From Amphiscolops sp. MND2022 (lineage: Eukaryota), in NCBI GenBank assembly GCA_964187785.1, contig OZ076411.1, forward strand, positions 42,098,001-42,162,000: DNA of 64,000 bases. The letters are read 5' to 3'. The position numbers and the translations under genes are program-made. Below, in pieces: positions 25,531 to 38,787 of this stretch. The notes below the pieces were generated by a model that was not told the origin of the DNA, ran no database searches, and saw only the letters and a program-made list of their open reading frames with translations. Numbering within the stretch: position 1 is the first letter of the stretch; each line of letters starts with the position of its first letter.

Positions 25531-27410
25531 AAGATAGAAACGGCCCGAGTCGTCCGTCACACCGCATAAGGATCAAAAAGAAAAGCAAAACTTTTTAATT
25601 ATGCTCGAAGACATCGAGAAGTTTTATTAGGTTACATAAGAATTATGTAATGTGAGAATAATAGTTTATGAAACCTGACCTCTAGAGTTGATTCCCGAAT
25701 GATTCAAAATTCTTTTTCAGCGAGAACATTGCGTTCGCGTACATTCTTCAACTCCGAGTAAAAACTTTTCACCCAAGACACTGTTGGCGCATCAATAAGA
25801 GCATTTTGCTTTCTAAGAAATGTATACTACGTTTCACAGTAAAATATCAATCAATCAATGGCAAAACACTCAGCACCCCTGATAAGATTTTAGCTACTGC
25901 ATCAAAAATAGACCGATCATTGACCCAACATGAAGGCCCCGAGGAAAGGTATTTGCGCCCAAAAAGATCCCATTGCGCATAAGTTAACAATTTTTTCATT
26001 TACAATGACGTGGATGAATTACATGGTTTACAAATTAGGTGTACTAGGTGTATTCCTCTGACACTCGTTAAGGTGAAAAATCATGGCTAAATTGCGTCAT
26101 GCTAACAATTCACGCCGAAATAGGGGTCAGCTGAGGAATATTTGCAACACTGCGCTAACCAAAAAAACCGCGGTACCAGCTGCTTACACTTGGCAAAAAA
26201 TGGTACAATTGGGGCTGAATTCGAAGCACGGAGTCTTCGAAATAATTAATGATGCATATGTCATACAATGAACGTAGGACGAATTTCAGTCTCGTTTGAT
26301 TGATGAAGTGATTAAAAATTAAAGACGTCTACAATCACCCGTCAATCTTTAAATTATAAGAACAAACAACGCAACTTATAGAGCAGCGCTGCGAGTAACA
26401 CAGACTTCAACTAAAAAAACCACCAAACCTGAAAAAGTGAAGCTTTGTTTTTTGAGAGCAATGCTTTTGTGTAAGGCCTGGAAACTAGACATAAATTGAT
26501 ATTAGAAAAAGAAACTAACAGAGGACTTCAAAGTTTTTTGTTCATCTAAATGAATGCCGAGAACTTCTTTTTAAGCAGACAGATGCTCATTTTGAAGAAA
26601 AATATATATACTCGTAGAATAAAGCGTTCACTTCTGAAAGCAACGCAAAAAAGCTAAGTTGGCGTATACGTTGCGTTAAAATACTTTGTCTCATACATAT
26701 TTCATTTCGAAGCAAAATGCAAATATTGTGCAACCGCAAAATGGAGCTCTCTATTATAATTGAAGTTTTGAAATAGTTAAGTATACTGTGAGTTTGAAAT
26801 CTCAATACAACTAAAATAATTAAATTTCGACCGCCCACCGCGTAAAAATGGCGGTAGACCTGAAAATTTTCATCAGTTGAGATGATCGCATTCAAGTTAA
26901 CCATAAATGAACGTAACCCAGGTAAATCTGTCAATCACAGATCGATACGCTTTCCGTTGCACAACATCCCACCGAGGCACGCACAGCAGTTCCCTTCGAA
27001 ATGAGAGCAGCACATTTTGACCAAAATAATTTATGCGCATAATTCTTTATTAACTTGGCTAAAGTTGAAGCTATAATTCACAGAACTGGTCTCATGGTCG
27101 AAAGAAGTTATACTATCTCTGGTTTACGGTGAAGACTCGAATGATTTATGGATGGTAACTTCCATGGTGATTTTAAAAATAAGCCAAAGGTACTACATTT
27201 ACAAGAGTTGCGAGAAAGAAACTTTGATTAAGCCGTCAAAAGTTATTGCTGAAGAACTATTAAAAGTGACTGATGGCCACGATTACTGTTCCAACAAGGT
27301 TCAAACAACCAACTTCGAGGTAAATGACATACTGTAGCAATATTTTCAATCATTGGAAAAATACGTACTACTGAAAACCACTACTGCGAAGCAACTCAAT
27401 AAGATCGAAT

Positions 27411-27799
27411 GGGGGGGGGGGTTCACTAAGCCGACGGTTCACTAAGCCGACGGTTCACTAAGCCGACCAAAACAGGTTATTAAATAAATTCATTTCCTTA
27501 AAGAGTTTAGCATATCTGTTGTATGGCTCGGTCGCTTCGCTCCCTTCGCCAAGTAGCAACATTGAGGTATGGCCATATGGCACGTCGCTCCGCTCCTGCA
27601 TTTAGGGCACTAGGGGTATGTGAGCATAGCTGACTACGTTATCGTAATGTTCGATTGACGCTATTTTGTTTACATGTATTATTATTTGGAATGTGTATTT
27701 GTCCAATCAAATTTGAGAATGAATTTAATCGCGCGTTGAGAATGAATTTAATCACGCGCTGAGAATGAATTTATTTGGTCGGCATAGTGAGCCGCTCCC
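27411..27799. mobile_element. MITE with GGG..CCC termini and a perfect 8-bp TSD (Merlin- or Mutator-like)
   Basis: GATCGAAT on both sides (27403-27410, 27800-27807); TIR GGTTCACTAAGCCGACCAAA vs TTTGGTCGGCATAGTGAGCC; internal 16-bp x3 and ~23-bp x3 tandems. Confidence 0.8.
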
Positions 27800-29235
27800 G
27801 ATCGAATTAACCAATAAGTCAACGTACTGTAGTGGATATTTTATCGCAATTACGTCTAGGGTTTCGGATCCCTTTTTATTTATACCCAGATTGTTAACAA
27901 AACAGCTAACCTGGCAAGGCCGTTATTTACAGAAAAAGCTCTAGAATGAAATAGCATTCGTTTATATTTCAAAAAATTCCATTGTTTTCTTTTGAAAAAA
28001 GGACAGCCCAACCAATAAACTAAAATCCGTGAAAAATGAGACGGTCCCTACTTTGATTCCACGACAGTGGGCAAATGTATTTTTGAACCGATCTTACTCT
28101 GTACAACAGTGAATTCACAATTTGCTATCAAAAATTCGCGGTAAAAATGAAACAAATTTTTGTAAATAATGTAAGCAAAATTGATTTCCGTTTTCCTCAA
28201 ATAAAACCAGATATTTTTATTTGATTTTTTCCGTATGTTCTAGGCAAGAGGGAACCCTAGTAGCTCTTATCTTCACACAGAGTTGTACGTGCTACTTAAC
28301 TGGCTGTCTATGACTCTAGCAAGAGAGATTTGAGCATCACAAGACGTGACACCTGCCTCGGTTTTCTGCTGGAGATAGTGAAACCAAGCGTGAAAATGCA
28401 ACCAATGGCCGCGTCAAATTTCAATATTTCAAGACCATTAGCCTAAATATTTGACTACTACTTCTTTTTTTTTCACTCCAGGCCAAGTCAAGAAATTCAA
28501 CCCATCGGCAAGCACTAAAATTACTCCAAATACATCCACCATTGTTACTTCACACTGCTTTTTATTTTGCATGAACCCCAGCTCCGTTGACTTTTAAAAA
28601 ATCCTAATTAGTTCGCTTTTACTTTTTCAAACGAAATATTCGAAATTCGGCACTAGAGCGCGGAAGTTGACAATTTGCGCGTTGCAACGTTGGAGCCTCG
28701 TTAATGAAGACACTATACCTCAACTCTTAACTTGTCAGCAGTACAATACTATGACTACATGGACATGGGCCAGATTACATTCGGTGGTCACTCGAAGGGC
28801 CATCGACTATCAAACTAATGGATTTATTCATGCGCAAATTGGAGCCTCGTTCAAGCACCCCTTAAAAAGCGAGTTTTTAGTGTTGAAAAGATAAACGTTG
28901 ATATTGATTGGGTCTGGACAGAACAGAACAGCCGAAATAAAGAAGATGGTGTAAATATCACGAGCAAAGCCGCCAACACAAGTAACTGATACGAAACAAG
29001 ACAACAAATTTGGCACAAATGTGACGAGATATTTTACAGCTGATAAATTTGATTTATCATTCAGTAATTGGTCGTTTATACGCATCCAAACAGTAAGTAA
29101 ATACAAAACTGCATTACTACAAAAAATCATATTAGTTTCTTCGCCATCTTTTTCTGCATCCAAAAATTGACCAAACCAAAAATCCACTTTCTTTTACGTT
29201 CTGCCAACGTCCCGTTAATTAACTAGTATTCGGCT

Positions 29236-32200
29236 ATGAAATGCGGCAGATACCGCAAACATGACATAACAACAACCAAGAGTCGACGACAACGGAAATA
29301 TTCCTTCAACATTTGTACTTCCTCCAACTTGAGGATCTCGTCGAACAAAGGAAAATATCTTTCCATTATTTCCCTCTGGTATTTTTACATTCTGACTATT
29401 GCTTCCAACCTTACATGTCGTATTCGAAAGTTACAACCAATTACTACTACTACCAAATTTGGGCCATCAATTCCAAGTACATTCAATCCCAATTCACAAC
29501 CCAGTGGTTGCAACTTAGCGTTATTTTTATTATTATTGGTTCTTGTGCAAGCGACAGCAGTCACGCCAAGTGAAGCGTTTATGATCCCGGAAGCGAGCAC
29601 TAAAGAGCAGAGTTTGCCTGATTCCACAGCTGATCCATTCTGGAAAAGAAGAACTAATTACGATTTCATTCATAATTCACAATCCGAAGAAGGCACCAAA
29701 TTGCTGCATCAGTTCCAAGCCATTACATCCACTCTTTCCTCGTCCTCAGAAACAAACTCGAACAGAAAATCAACCCGTAAAATGCTTTTAACCAACTCAT
29801 TCAACAGAGAGTTCATTCAAGTAGCAGCTGAAGCGGACGCAAAAATAATTGAGCAACTTGATACACAGTATTTTAAGCCCAGCATTTTCCATACTATCAA
29901 AACTTCTAAGGGAAAAACACATGAACTAAATTATCTAGACGATGTATCAAGTAAATTTCAGTATCAAAGCCATTATTCTGGGAAAAGTTTAAAACTTGAC
30001 ACATCTACAGATAATGAAGTTAATTCAGACAGTCAACAAATGCCACTTAGTGATACCAACTCGACCGCCTTTAAACGGAGACGGAGGAGAACGAAGTTCC
30101 TTGTTTTCGAGACTGGAGAGCTAGTTACACATGACATAAGTGGAGCATTTGAAGTTAGACATGATTGGTTGTACCCCGTATTGCACAACAAATTAGAAGG
30201 GTCCAGACCTCTAGGCAATGTCAATCATAATTCACGTCAAAAATATAGTGACCCTCCCATTCCTCTTGACAACCAGACGAAAAACTCCACTTTCGCCAAT
30301 CTGAAAGCAAAAAGCACTTTCGGCAAAAAAACCATTAATGTTGCTTTTCGCTGGAAGGAAGATCACAGCTTTAGCGGAAAACAACATGTGAACCAAAACG
30401 CGCCTATAGCTCAAACTAACTATCATTCTTCGTCTCAGGGCCCACTAAACATTGAATATCTTACCAAGTTTGAAGAGAAAGATCACTTGCCTCTCAAGGA
30501 CATGGAATCAAGCTTTCCTCATTTTACATCCAATTTGGACGGAGAAGACGAGGACGCTTCTGAAAAACAAATTAAATTATTTTCCCAAACAACTATTCCA
30601 ACACATGGTGCTCATCATCCTCCAGACTCGAGGCAGCGTGATGAAACTAGTGGAGAAGGCACAACAGGAACGGATAATGGGCAATTAAGGACGAAGCGAG
30701 TGGCCATGAGAAGTAAATTTAGCATAACTACATTGCATGAAACATTTATTATGCAGGAAAAAGAAGAAAAGCGGTGGCTCAATCATAAGTTGAGGAATTC
30801 AAATGCAACTGTTAGGAGGAGTAATTACCACATGTTTGCAACTCCCCAAGGTGGCGGTGTGGATGCGAGTGATGATGGTACAGTGTATGCCCCCCACGTG
30901 TATGAGAGCAACACTGCACACAACGGTGACACCAAGCGGGAGCCACGAGAGCGAGATTCTCGACACAGCAATGGCGATGCGCTTAGGCTCCTCCGTGGTA
31001 TCAGTTGCTACAAATGTGCTGGTCATACAAACCACAAATTGGTTGGCTCGTTATCGGCGCAGTCGCAAGACGCAGTTAATGCTGATGGCTCTCTTCCCTT
31101 CTCCACCAGAGGAGGCGATACTTCCCTCAGGCCAGCACAGACGAAACAACAGGCGGTTGTTTTTGTTGTTGATTCTAAGCCAGTTGTGAAAAGGCGAGTA
31201 AATAGCGCAAAATTTGATCATACCAACAACATGATGCAACAGCCCACCGGCAAAGTGTTACAGCAAGGGCAGCCGCCGTCTCCTCCACAATACCAGCATC
31301 AGCAACCTCCACAACATGAGCCAAATTGGTCGCATACAGAAACAGCATATCACAATCAACAAGAGAAGTCTTTTTTTCCAGCAGTGGCCATTTCCTCCTC
31401 TGTCAGTAGGGAACAGCCGCCACCTCCTCCTCCTTCTTCCCTTCTAACTCCGCCTCAGCCGCAAACAGAGGTAGTAGGAAGTGCAAGTGGTAGCCAACGT
31501 GCTGCTGCTCTACAGATTATCAACATTCCTACTCCACAATCAAAACAATCCAATTCACCCTCAACTGCTCACAACTACGACAACCGAAGTATTTTGCCGT
31601 CTATCAACGCCCTCACAGAAGATTACCAGCCAAGCATTGCTAGTGACAGTGCACAACATCACGTATCAAACGCGGCCCAACAACAGTTGACAGTCGCTTC
31701 CGTGATTGACAAGGGAGGAGACCGTCAAAGTAGGAGTCGGACGGACACCCTAGTCTCTCGGTCACGTGCACGCAGGGAAGTGCGCACAAGCAAACAGACC
31801 CCATCTACCTTGAATCAAACAACACCTACGGCAGCGACCAAAAAAGATCAACAAATACGCCCAGGTTAGAAAATTGTTTAATGCCAACAAACAATACTTA
31901 GAGAAATAGATTGGAATTTCTCATCGTATTTTGAAATAACTTCATTGTCAACGTACAAACTGCAGTTGACTTATATTTGGCCAACTAGGTACAGCTGAGC
32001 ATTTATCATTGGAGCATTGGCATACGTCGCACCAAGAAGTTGGTTCAAAAAAATTATTGCTGAATTTAGATTCAATAGCCTTATGCAACGCAAAAGGGTA
32101 ATTTCGACAATTTTTTGTAAATGAGAGCTTGATTATGGGCTTGAATCGATTGTTAGGTTAAAACCTGAAACCATTCAACCAAGGCCATGAAAGAACAAGA

Positions 32201-35200
32201 CGGGAACATCTAAAATCGACGCCCCACTTGAGGCTCACAAAGCTGTCTCATTAAAGTGCTCAGGGTGGCTTTTTGGAAATTTTCATACCTATCAGAGTGG
32301 CAAAAATATCCGAAGGGACTACCTGCAGCCTCAAAAAACGCTTTTTTAATGGAAACACCGGAAATACCCAAATTGATGAAAATTTTCGAAAAAGTCGCAG
32401 TGTCAAAAAAAACCCAAAAGGGACCCTGACATGTCGAGGGTTTGCAAAGAAAGATATTTAGTCCAAAGAAGACATCGAACCGACGGCCGTCTGCCTGGGA
32501 AGCACCCATCCTAACTTACTGGCCGTGTGAACAAAAACTCTGTTCAAAAGTTGACCATTCGCACACATTCTGTCTTATGAAAAAAAATTAAAAACTGTAA
32601 TAGTCACTGCCACATTTTCCTCATAGAATTTTAGAGTGCGCCGACTAAAAATGGGGAACTATCAATCATCACCAAAATTTAGGACATTCACGAGCGACAA
32701 AGATGACCTATTTTTCAACCCTTTACGTTTTTAGTTCAACCTGGTTTTTTTCAGAGCTGACACTTTCAATTTTGTGAAAACATTCTTTGAAAGTTTTGTT
32801 CAACTGATAGCTATTGGGGTGAATTCATGAGGTGTCAGCAAAATAAAGTGAAATGATATATTTTTTGAGGGTATTCGGAAATCTTTTGTTGAGTATAAAG
32901 TATTATGCCGAAAAATTTCGTTCATTGTTGGCAGAGGAGATTCGAAGAAGCTTTATTGTTTCAAGTTTAACAATATTATTTCTTAATCATTTAAGACCCA
33001 TTTTTACACACGATTAATGGGACGGACATCATTCGCCGAGAAGTTAGTACAAGGCCAATTAAAAATTTAACTATCACAAAGCAAATTATATACCTCAAAC
33101 AATTCATCACTACTAGTCAAGGTTGTTAATGAATAATTCAAGCCTGCTTCAATTAACTTCCGAAACGCCACCATACACCTAGGGGAGCGCGGACGTCGGG
33201 AAAAAAGATTCGGCATACGTCGTCGAAAGGCATGTCTAGGAACGGTGGGCGTTGGTGACAGTGTGTGGCGTCAACAATTACCGTCATATGTGTGACATGT
33301 GATGCAATTTCAAAACGGCGTTAGACTGGATGACGTTTCTATACACGCTGGAACTACTTCGAGGCAGTTCATTTGAAAAAAAAACGTGCAACCAAATAAT
33401 TCGAAGGAAAAATATCAACTAAAACGAGAGCACAAACGGGCTTTGTTCTTTGTTTTCGGAAATGATAGCCCTCACGATTGACGCAAGGTCAACTGGGAAG
33501 GCTATCGTGGGTGTTAAAGATGATCAATGTCCGAAAATATGAAATCCAGCAAGTAAGGCGTCAATCAGTACCCTAAGTATCGAAAATATTGGAAGTCATT
33601 GAAATTAATGTTGTTCTCTCTTTGGGGCAATTTCCGGTCGAAATGAACAACTTCCCGTCAAGGGGGTAACTTCCGGTCAGAGAGGGTGTTATTTCCGGTC
33701 TCTGCGAATGTCCATTACGGGTCTCCGGTTTATCAGCATTTCATTCTATTAATAACTTACGCGACCGAAATGTGATCTCGTTAGGGCTCACAATGTCGAA
33801 AAACGTCAAAAAGGAGGGTTTTGACGCCGTTTTCGGTCATTGCGGTACCCACTATTGGCTAACCTGTGTTCACTAAGTTACGCCCATGTACTTCAACTTT
33901 GATTCCCTGATAGCCGCCCTTAAAACGACTACTTTCCGATGAAAACAACAACTTTTTGTAAAAAACAAAAGTTGTCATTTCCGGTCTCAGGAGGTGATGA
34001 TGGTGAAAACATCTTATGTCATCTGTTACACCTTATTGTGCTCAACAAAACGTAATCAGGGTGCGTAAACGCTAAATCCACGGCTTCATGTGCAAAATTG
34101 AATTTGCCCAAATTTGAGGGGTAAAATCGGAGGGGGGTACCCCTCTATTTCGGCGCTAGGTGTTCTGATTGCAACTAAAATTTCTCAGCATATGAATTTT
34201 ATGATGCTGCAACGCAACGTAGGAGCAACCATAATCGCTAGGATGCCCTGGAAAAAAGTTATGACGACAAAAACAAAAAAGACATTAAAACGCAACAAAA
34301 TAATGCAAAATGGTAAAAAGTAACCTTTAAAGTTAAGCATCCTTTCCGCTAAGGCTAAGCAAAATTTCATCCAATTCGATCAGTGAAAAGTGATGTTTTT
34401 CCATTTTTACCACCCATTTCCATAAGTTGTTTCTTCGTCAGAGATGCGGGCATACAGGAGCCGGCCCGTCGCCCGCGAAATTTTGGTAGGGTTATTGCCC
34501 GGACCACCAAGTTGTGCATTATTTAGCTTCTATCTGTTAGCTTTTCGTAGAATTGGGAAAATCGCTATCTTACCAGATGTAAATAGCCAATTTTGAACTA
34601 CCAATTTAATGGGGAAGCTCGAAAAAACAATTATTTTTGTTCCAATAATAAGGATCCCTTTTGAAAAGCCAAGTGCTTTTAGGGGTCCTTTCCAGGGGTT
34701 GCATTGTAAATTTGTTGTTTAAATTAAAATATTGTCTGTAATTTATGCCCTCTGATAAATTGAATTAATGATTATTATTAAAAATACCATTTGGTTAAAA
34801 ATTGCACTGGTTGCTCAGACACAATCAGATAGGTAAGAACTAAGGTAAATTTTGCCTGTCCACTGCCTAAGGCGCTGTAGACTGACCAGCCATCAACCAA
34901 CCATGGTAGAGTCCTCTATAAATGCCATAGTCCACGATGGAGGGCTGTCTTAACCTTGACAAACCTTCGGGTGCAACTAATCATGTAGCTAAGCCATCGC
35001 TGACGATCGATAAAAGTGATATTTGATTCAAATTCAAGACAAGTTGTGGGGTACTTATTTGCGCTGAGGTAAACATAGTGATTCATACTTTCCAGTTCGT
35101 TCCGAATAATTCATAAATAATTATAACTTTTTGAATATCTAATTAAACAAGCTAGCTACTAGTGAACAAGCTTTAACTGAATGTAAATAGTTAGTTTTTG

Positions 35201-38200
35201 TAATAACAAACGCTTGATCGTAAAACCTTGAATTTTTCCCACTCAACATTCCACAAGAGGTCATACTGTCAAGAAACAAGGAAAAATTTATTCAGTTTAT
35301 GCTATTCAAATCGACTCATTATGGTCGAAACAAGACGCCCGCTAAGCACCGGGATATTTTCCTCCCTTTTCGCCTTCATCAACTGAGCCATAGCTATTTT
35401 GAGAGGGGAATAGGATCTAAATAATAAGATCTAAAATTTAGTGATTTTAGATCTTATTCCCTTTACGTCTTATTCTCGTCCTGAAATTTTAGAAATAGTT
35501 ACTTGACTATTTAGTTACTTGACTCAACACCTGTGGTGGTGAGTCAAAGTTGGCAGAATTTGAAACACAGAGGCTAAGCGGTGCTTCGCAACACATGACG
35601 AAGACATCGATTATTTTAATATGCGTATATATATTATTTTAATCGCATGCGTATATATTCAACAGTTCAACTTTGTTCAATAACGTCCCTATGGCACAGT
35701 GGTCAACACTTATGCCGTGCAATCGGGAGGCTGCAGGTTCGAATCTCTCTGGGGTTTTCGCTTTTTTCTAAAAGGCGCTCATTATGAAGTTGCCTATAGT
35801 GGAAAAAAAACTTACTTAGCTGGACTGCAATGCACATTGACTTCGTCATGTGCAAAAACTCACCACCTGAGGTGGTAAGTCAACTTTGGCAGAAATTGGA
35901 AAAAAACGCAACACAGATGATGATTCTCCTCCCCCATTTTAAAATGAGGGTTCGGAAAATAATAAGTTGTCTATAAACATCAAAAAGGACGAAGAATGAG
36001 CTCTACCGAAGGTCTTCGTCCTAAGTCCTAAAAAACGGATCCGAAAAAGTGGCGAGTGAATGGGAGCCAAACACTACGTTAATGGATACCCATCTGTATT
36101 TCAATTATAGAAAAGAACTATTCATTCAGTCTCTATTTTTTATTGAATCCTTTCTATTGAAACTTTGGATAGCTTCAATTGTAGGACTTCGGGTGAGTGC
36201 TTGTTCAATCACTTTGATTTCAAGTCATTGATTTACACTTGATCTATAAATGATCAATGGATACGATGCATTATTGAGCCACTCTTTCATGTACTAACAG
36301 CTAGCGATCAATTTCGAATTTGTAGAGAACAACCAACATGTTGAAAAATTGAAACGCTTCAAAGTCAAATAATGTTTGGCCTTTTGAAAATTTGGCGCCG
36401 AATCAGCGCGCTTTGTGTGCCATTTTAATTGGTGTTATCACAGTCTAAGTGGTCAGCGGTGAATACGCACAATGGTGATATCTGATCTAGAACTGCAAGA
36501 AAAATTTATTCAAGATTGAGCTCAACCTTTTATAGGAGAGGAGAACGCATATTTCTGGTGCAACGTTAAAAAGGTCAATGAAACCTCTAAGGAACCCTGT
36601 AAGTCCCTGAGTTGCAAGAGGAGACCATTGGTGGCAAAAGCGGCTGTCATTATACGCTTAGTTCAATTTAAGTGAAATTTATTCCAATATTCTCTGCCAT
36701 CTCCTCCCCTTCCTGCTCAGGCAGTGCCGGCAAGTCGAAAGCCAACTGCCATAGTGGAATTTATCAAGTTATTATGCAATAGCTGCAGCCACAACAACAA
36801 CATAACAACCCAACGCACCAGCAGAGTAGAACCCCCAATGTAATGGACATCGCCGAGCTAAAAAAAAAGCAAGAGGGAGAGAATAGAAGTATAGAGAGAG
36901 TGAAATGTTTGTTATGGAGACATTCCGACATCCTGTGACGTCACGGCACTAATAAACAATTATAGCTCTTTGCTTTATTAAAAACAGCGGCCAATGTCCG
37001 TCGGTCAACTTGAAAGGCGTTGAGGTAAATTGGGATAGCCCAACACGGGCAATAGGCATCAATGATTCCACGAGGAAGGGAAATAGTTGTTAGCGGAAGG
37101 GAAGGTTCACTCAATTAAGACATTACTTTTCTTGGATTGATTTGCTCCCTGTGTGGTTCATCATTTAATCACGCCTGCCTTCACACCTGCTTTCGTGAGG
37201 CAATCGGTCGATTTAGCGGCTTTTTATCCTTCTACTAGGCCCCAACAGTCAGCACTAGCACTGCTACTAGTAGCTACAGTGGCATGTTGGACTTGATTAC
37301 ACCGTAATAATTATTGGATAAATTAACTTGATGTCAGAAGTGCTGCCACATCTGAGCCTGTGAAGACAACGACTGCTGTTGCTGCTGAGACAGGAGACCA
37401 CATCCACTGCCATCAAATATTGCGACTACTACTATTGCGACTAGCCATCAAGCATCTCAGCATATTCCACACTTATCTATCTATCCGCTGCTTACTCAAT
37501 AGAGAAATGAATTGAGCTTGGAAATCTAAATATCGCCAACAAGTATGTCAAATCAAAAATTGCGACCAAATTTTCAAAGAGAACACCGAAGGGCAACACA
37601 ATTGATGTAGATTTTGAACTTTAAAGTCAAAAATGAAAGCAATGTCAGATCTCTTCCAGTGAAATGGTGAAGGATGTGGATTGAAGTATTTAAAGGATTT
37701 GCCATGTGAAGGCGCTAAGGCAACTCGTAAAAACTGGTTTACTACAATCACTCAAGTTTATCTGGAAAATTTAGTGTGGAACTTGGAGTAAAATATTTTC
37801 AGAAGACATACTATGCACATTATCATGCCAAAAAAGACGTGTTTTATTCACATTTTCTCCAAAATAATGGATTTACAGCTAGTCCAGTGAAACCTGACAG
37901 ACGTGTAAATCTTTGATTCAACAGCTCTAGTTCCAATATTCACTAAATACTATAAGGAACTATCATAGACTACCGGCAACGACTGCAGTTCCAGGGAAAG
38001 TAGAGCAACTGGCCAATGGTTTTTATCATTTTCTTAGACCGCTAAAACTGAGTTCTACAAAACGAGAAGCCACAAAATCATTTCGTGTCAACAAAGTAAG
38101 AAAATGTCTGATTTGACCAGATTCATGTTACAATTGCGATGGGACAATTACTTTGTGCTTTTCAGAAGTGAGTTCAGCTTTATCCCAAGGCAGTGGTGGC

Positions 38201-38380
38201 GGTAGTGGCACTGACAGTATATCCAAAGAAAACTTACACGACAAGAAAGGCCCGCCGCCTCCGGAGAAAGCCGCCACGACGACGGGCAACGAGAGCACCT
38301 CGGGTCGCTTCATCATACTCGCATTTCTCGCTATCATCCTTTTACTCCTCATTATTACTGCCCTCTCACTCAGATGCTAG
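29236..38380 (+). CDS. Orphan low-complexity secreted/membrane precursor, ~950 aa; exon 29236-31864 joined to exon 38166-38380 (alternative in-frame acceptor at 38121)
   Basis: Uninterrupted 877-codon ORF ending at a phase-1 donor (CCAG|GTTAGA). The phase-1 acceptor TGCTTTTCAG|AA opens an exon ending in a hydrophobic tail (FIILAFLAIILLLLIITALSLRC*). N-terminal hydrophobic segment LALFLLLLVLVQATA. The link across the 6.3-kb intron is inferred and exons may be missing. Confidence 0.65.
32195..32652 (-). mobile_element. Degenerate HINE-A copy in the putative intron of the 29.2-kb gene
   Basis: Runs from AACAAGACGGGAACATCTAAAATCGACGCC to GCGCCGACTAAAAA. Confidence 0.7.
35684..35756 (+). repeat. 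tRNA-like (pseudo-tRNA or SINE head) sequence
   Basis: A box TGGCACAGTGG and B box GGTTCGAATC at tRNA-like spacing with a T-run after; acceptor and anticodon stems pair poorly. Confidence 0.55.
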
Positions 38381-38787
38381 TTAGTATCCATTCTGTTCAC
38401 ATTACTAACCATGCACCTTTAGGGGTACGTCTTTCAAAGTTGAGCTCGAGTTAAGCTGGTTTTACTGCCATACTGGAAATTTGGGAGACAAATCACTTTA
38501 AAATGGGCGACTGTATTTAAAACAACTATGTATAGGCGTATGATATAAACATTTAAAGCATGAATTTCCATAAATGACTCTCAGCAAAAATCGATGAAAA
38601 TGATTTAAAAAACTTGAAGCGCTGGAGTAGATATGTGGAATCTAAAAATGATAAATTAGATTAATCACTAGGCAAACGTACACACCAATCTAGTGAAAGT
38701 AGGAAGTTCATTCCTAAAAATTCCTCGAAGAGATAAAACTAGCATCCAATTAAAATTTATTCACTAAATCTACTCATTTCAAAATAA

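Noticed and set aside
26587-27337. Possible decayed Mutator/FLYWCH transposase or gene
   Set aside because: Only vague fragments; no catalytic motif, TIR or usable splice pattern.
35684-35756. Functional tRNA gene
   Set aside because: A and B boxes are present, but the acceptor and anticodon stems do not pair adequately; kept as a tRNA-like repeat.
12376-36943. Three perfect CRE sites (12376, 18236, 36936) as a regulatory cluster
   Set aside because: Roughly one is expected by chance in 64 kb at this composition; three is too weak to call.
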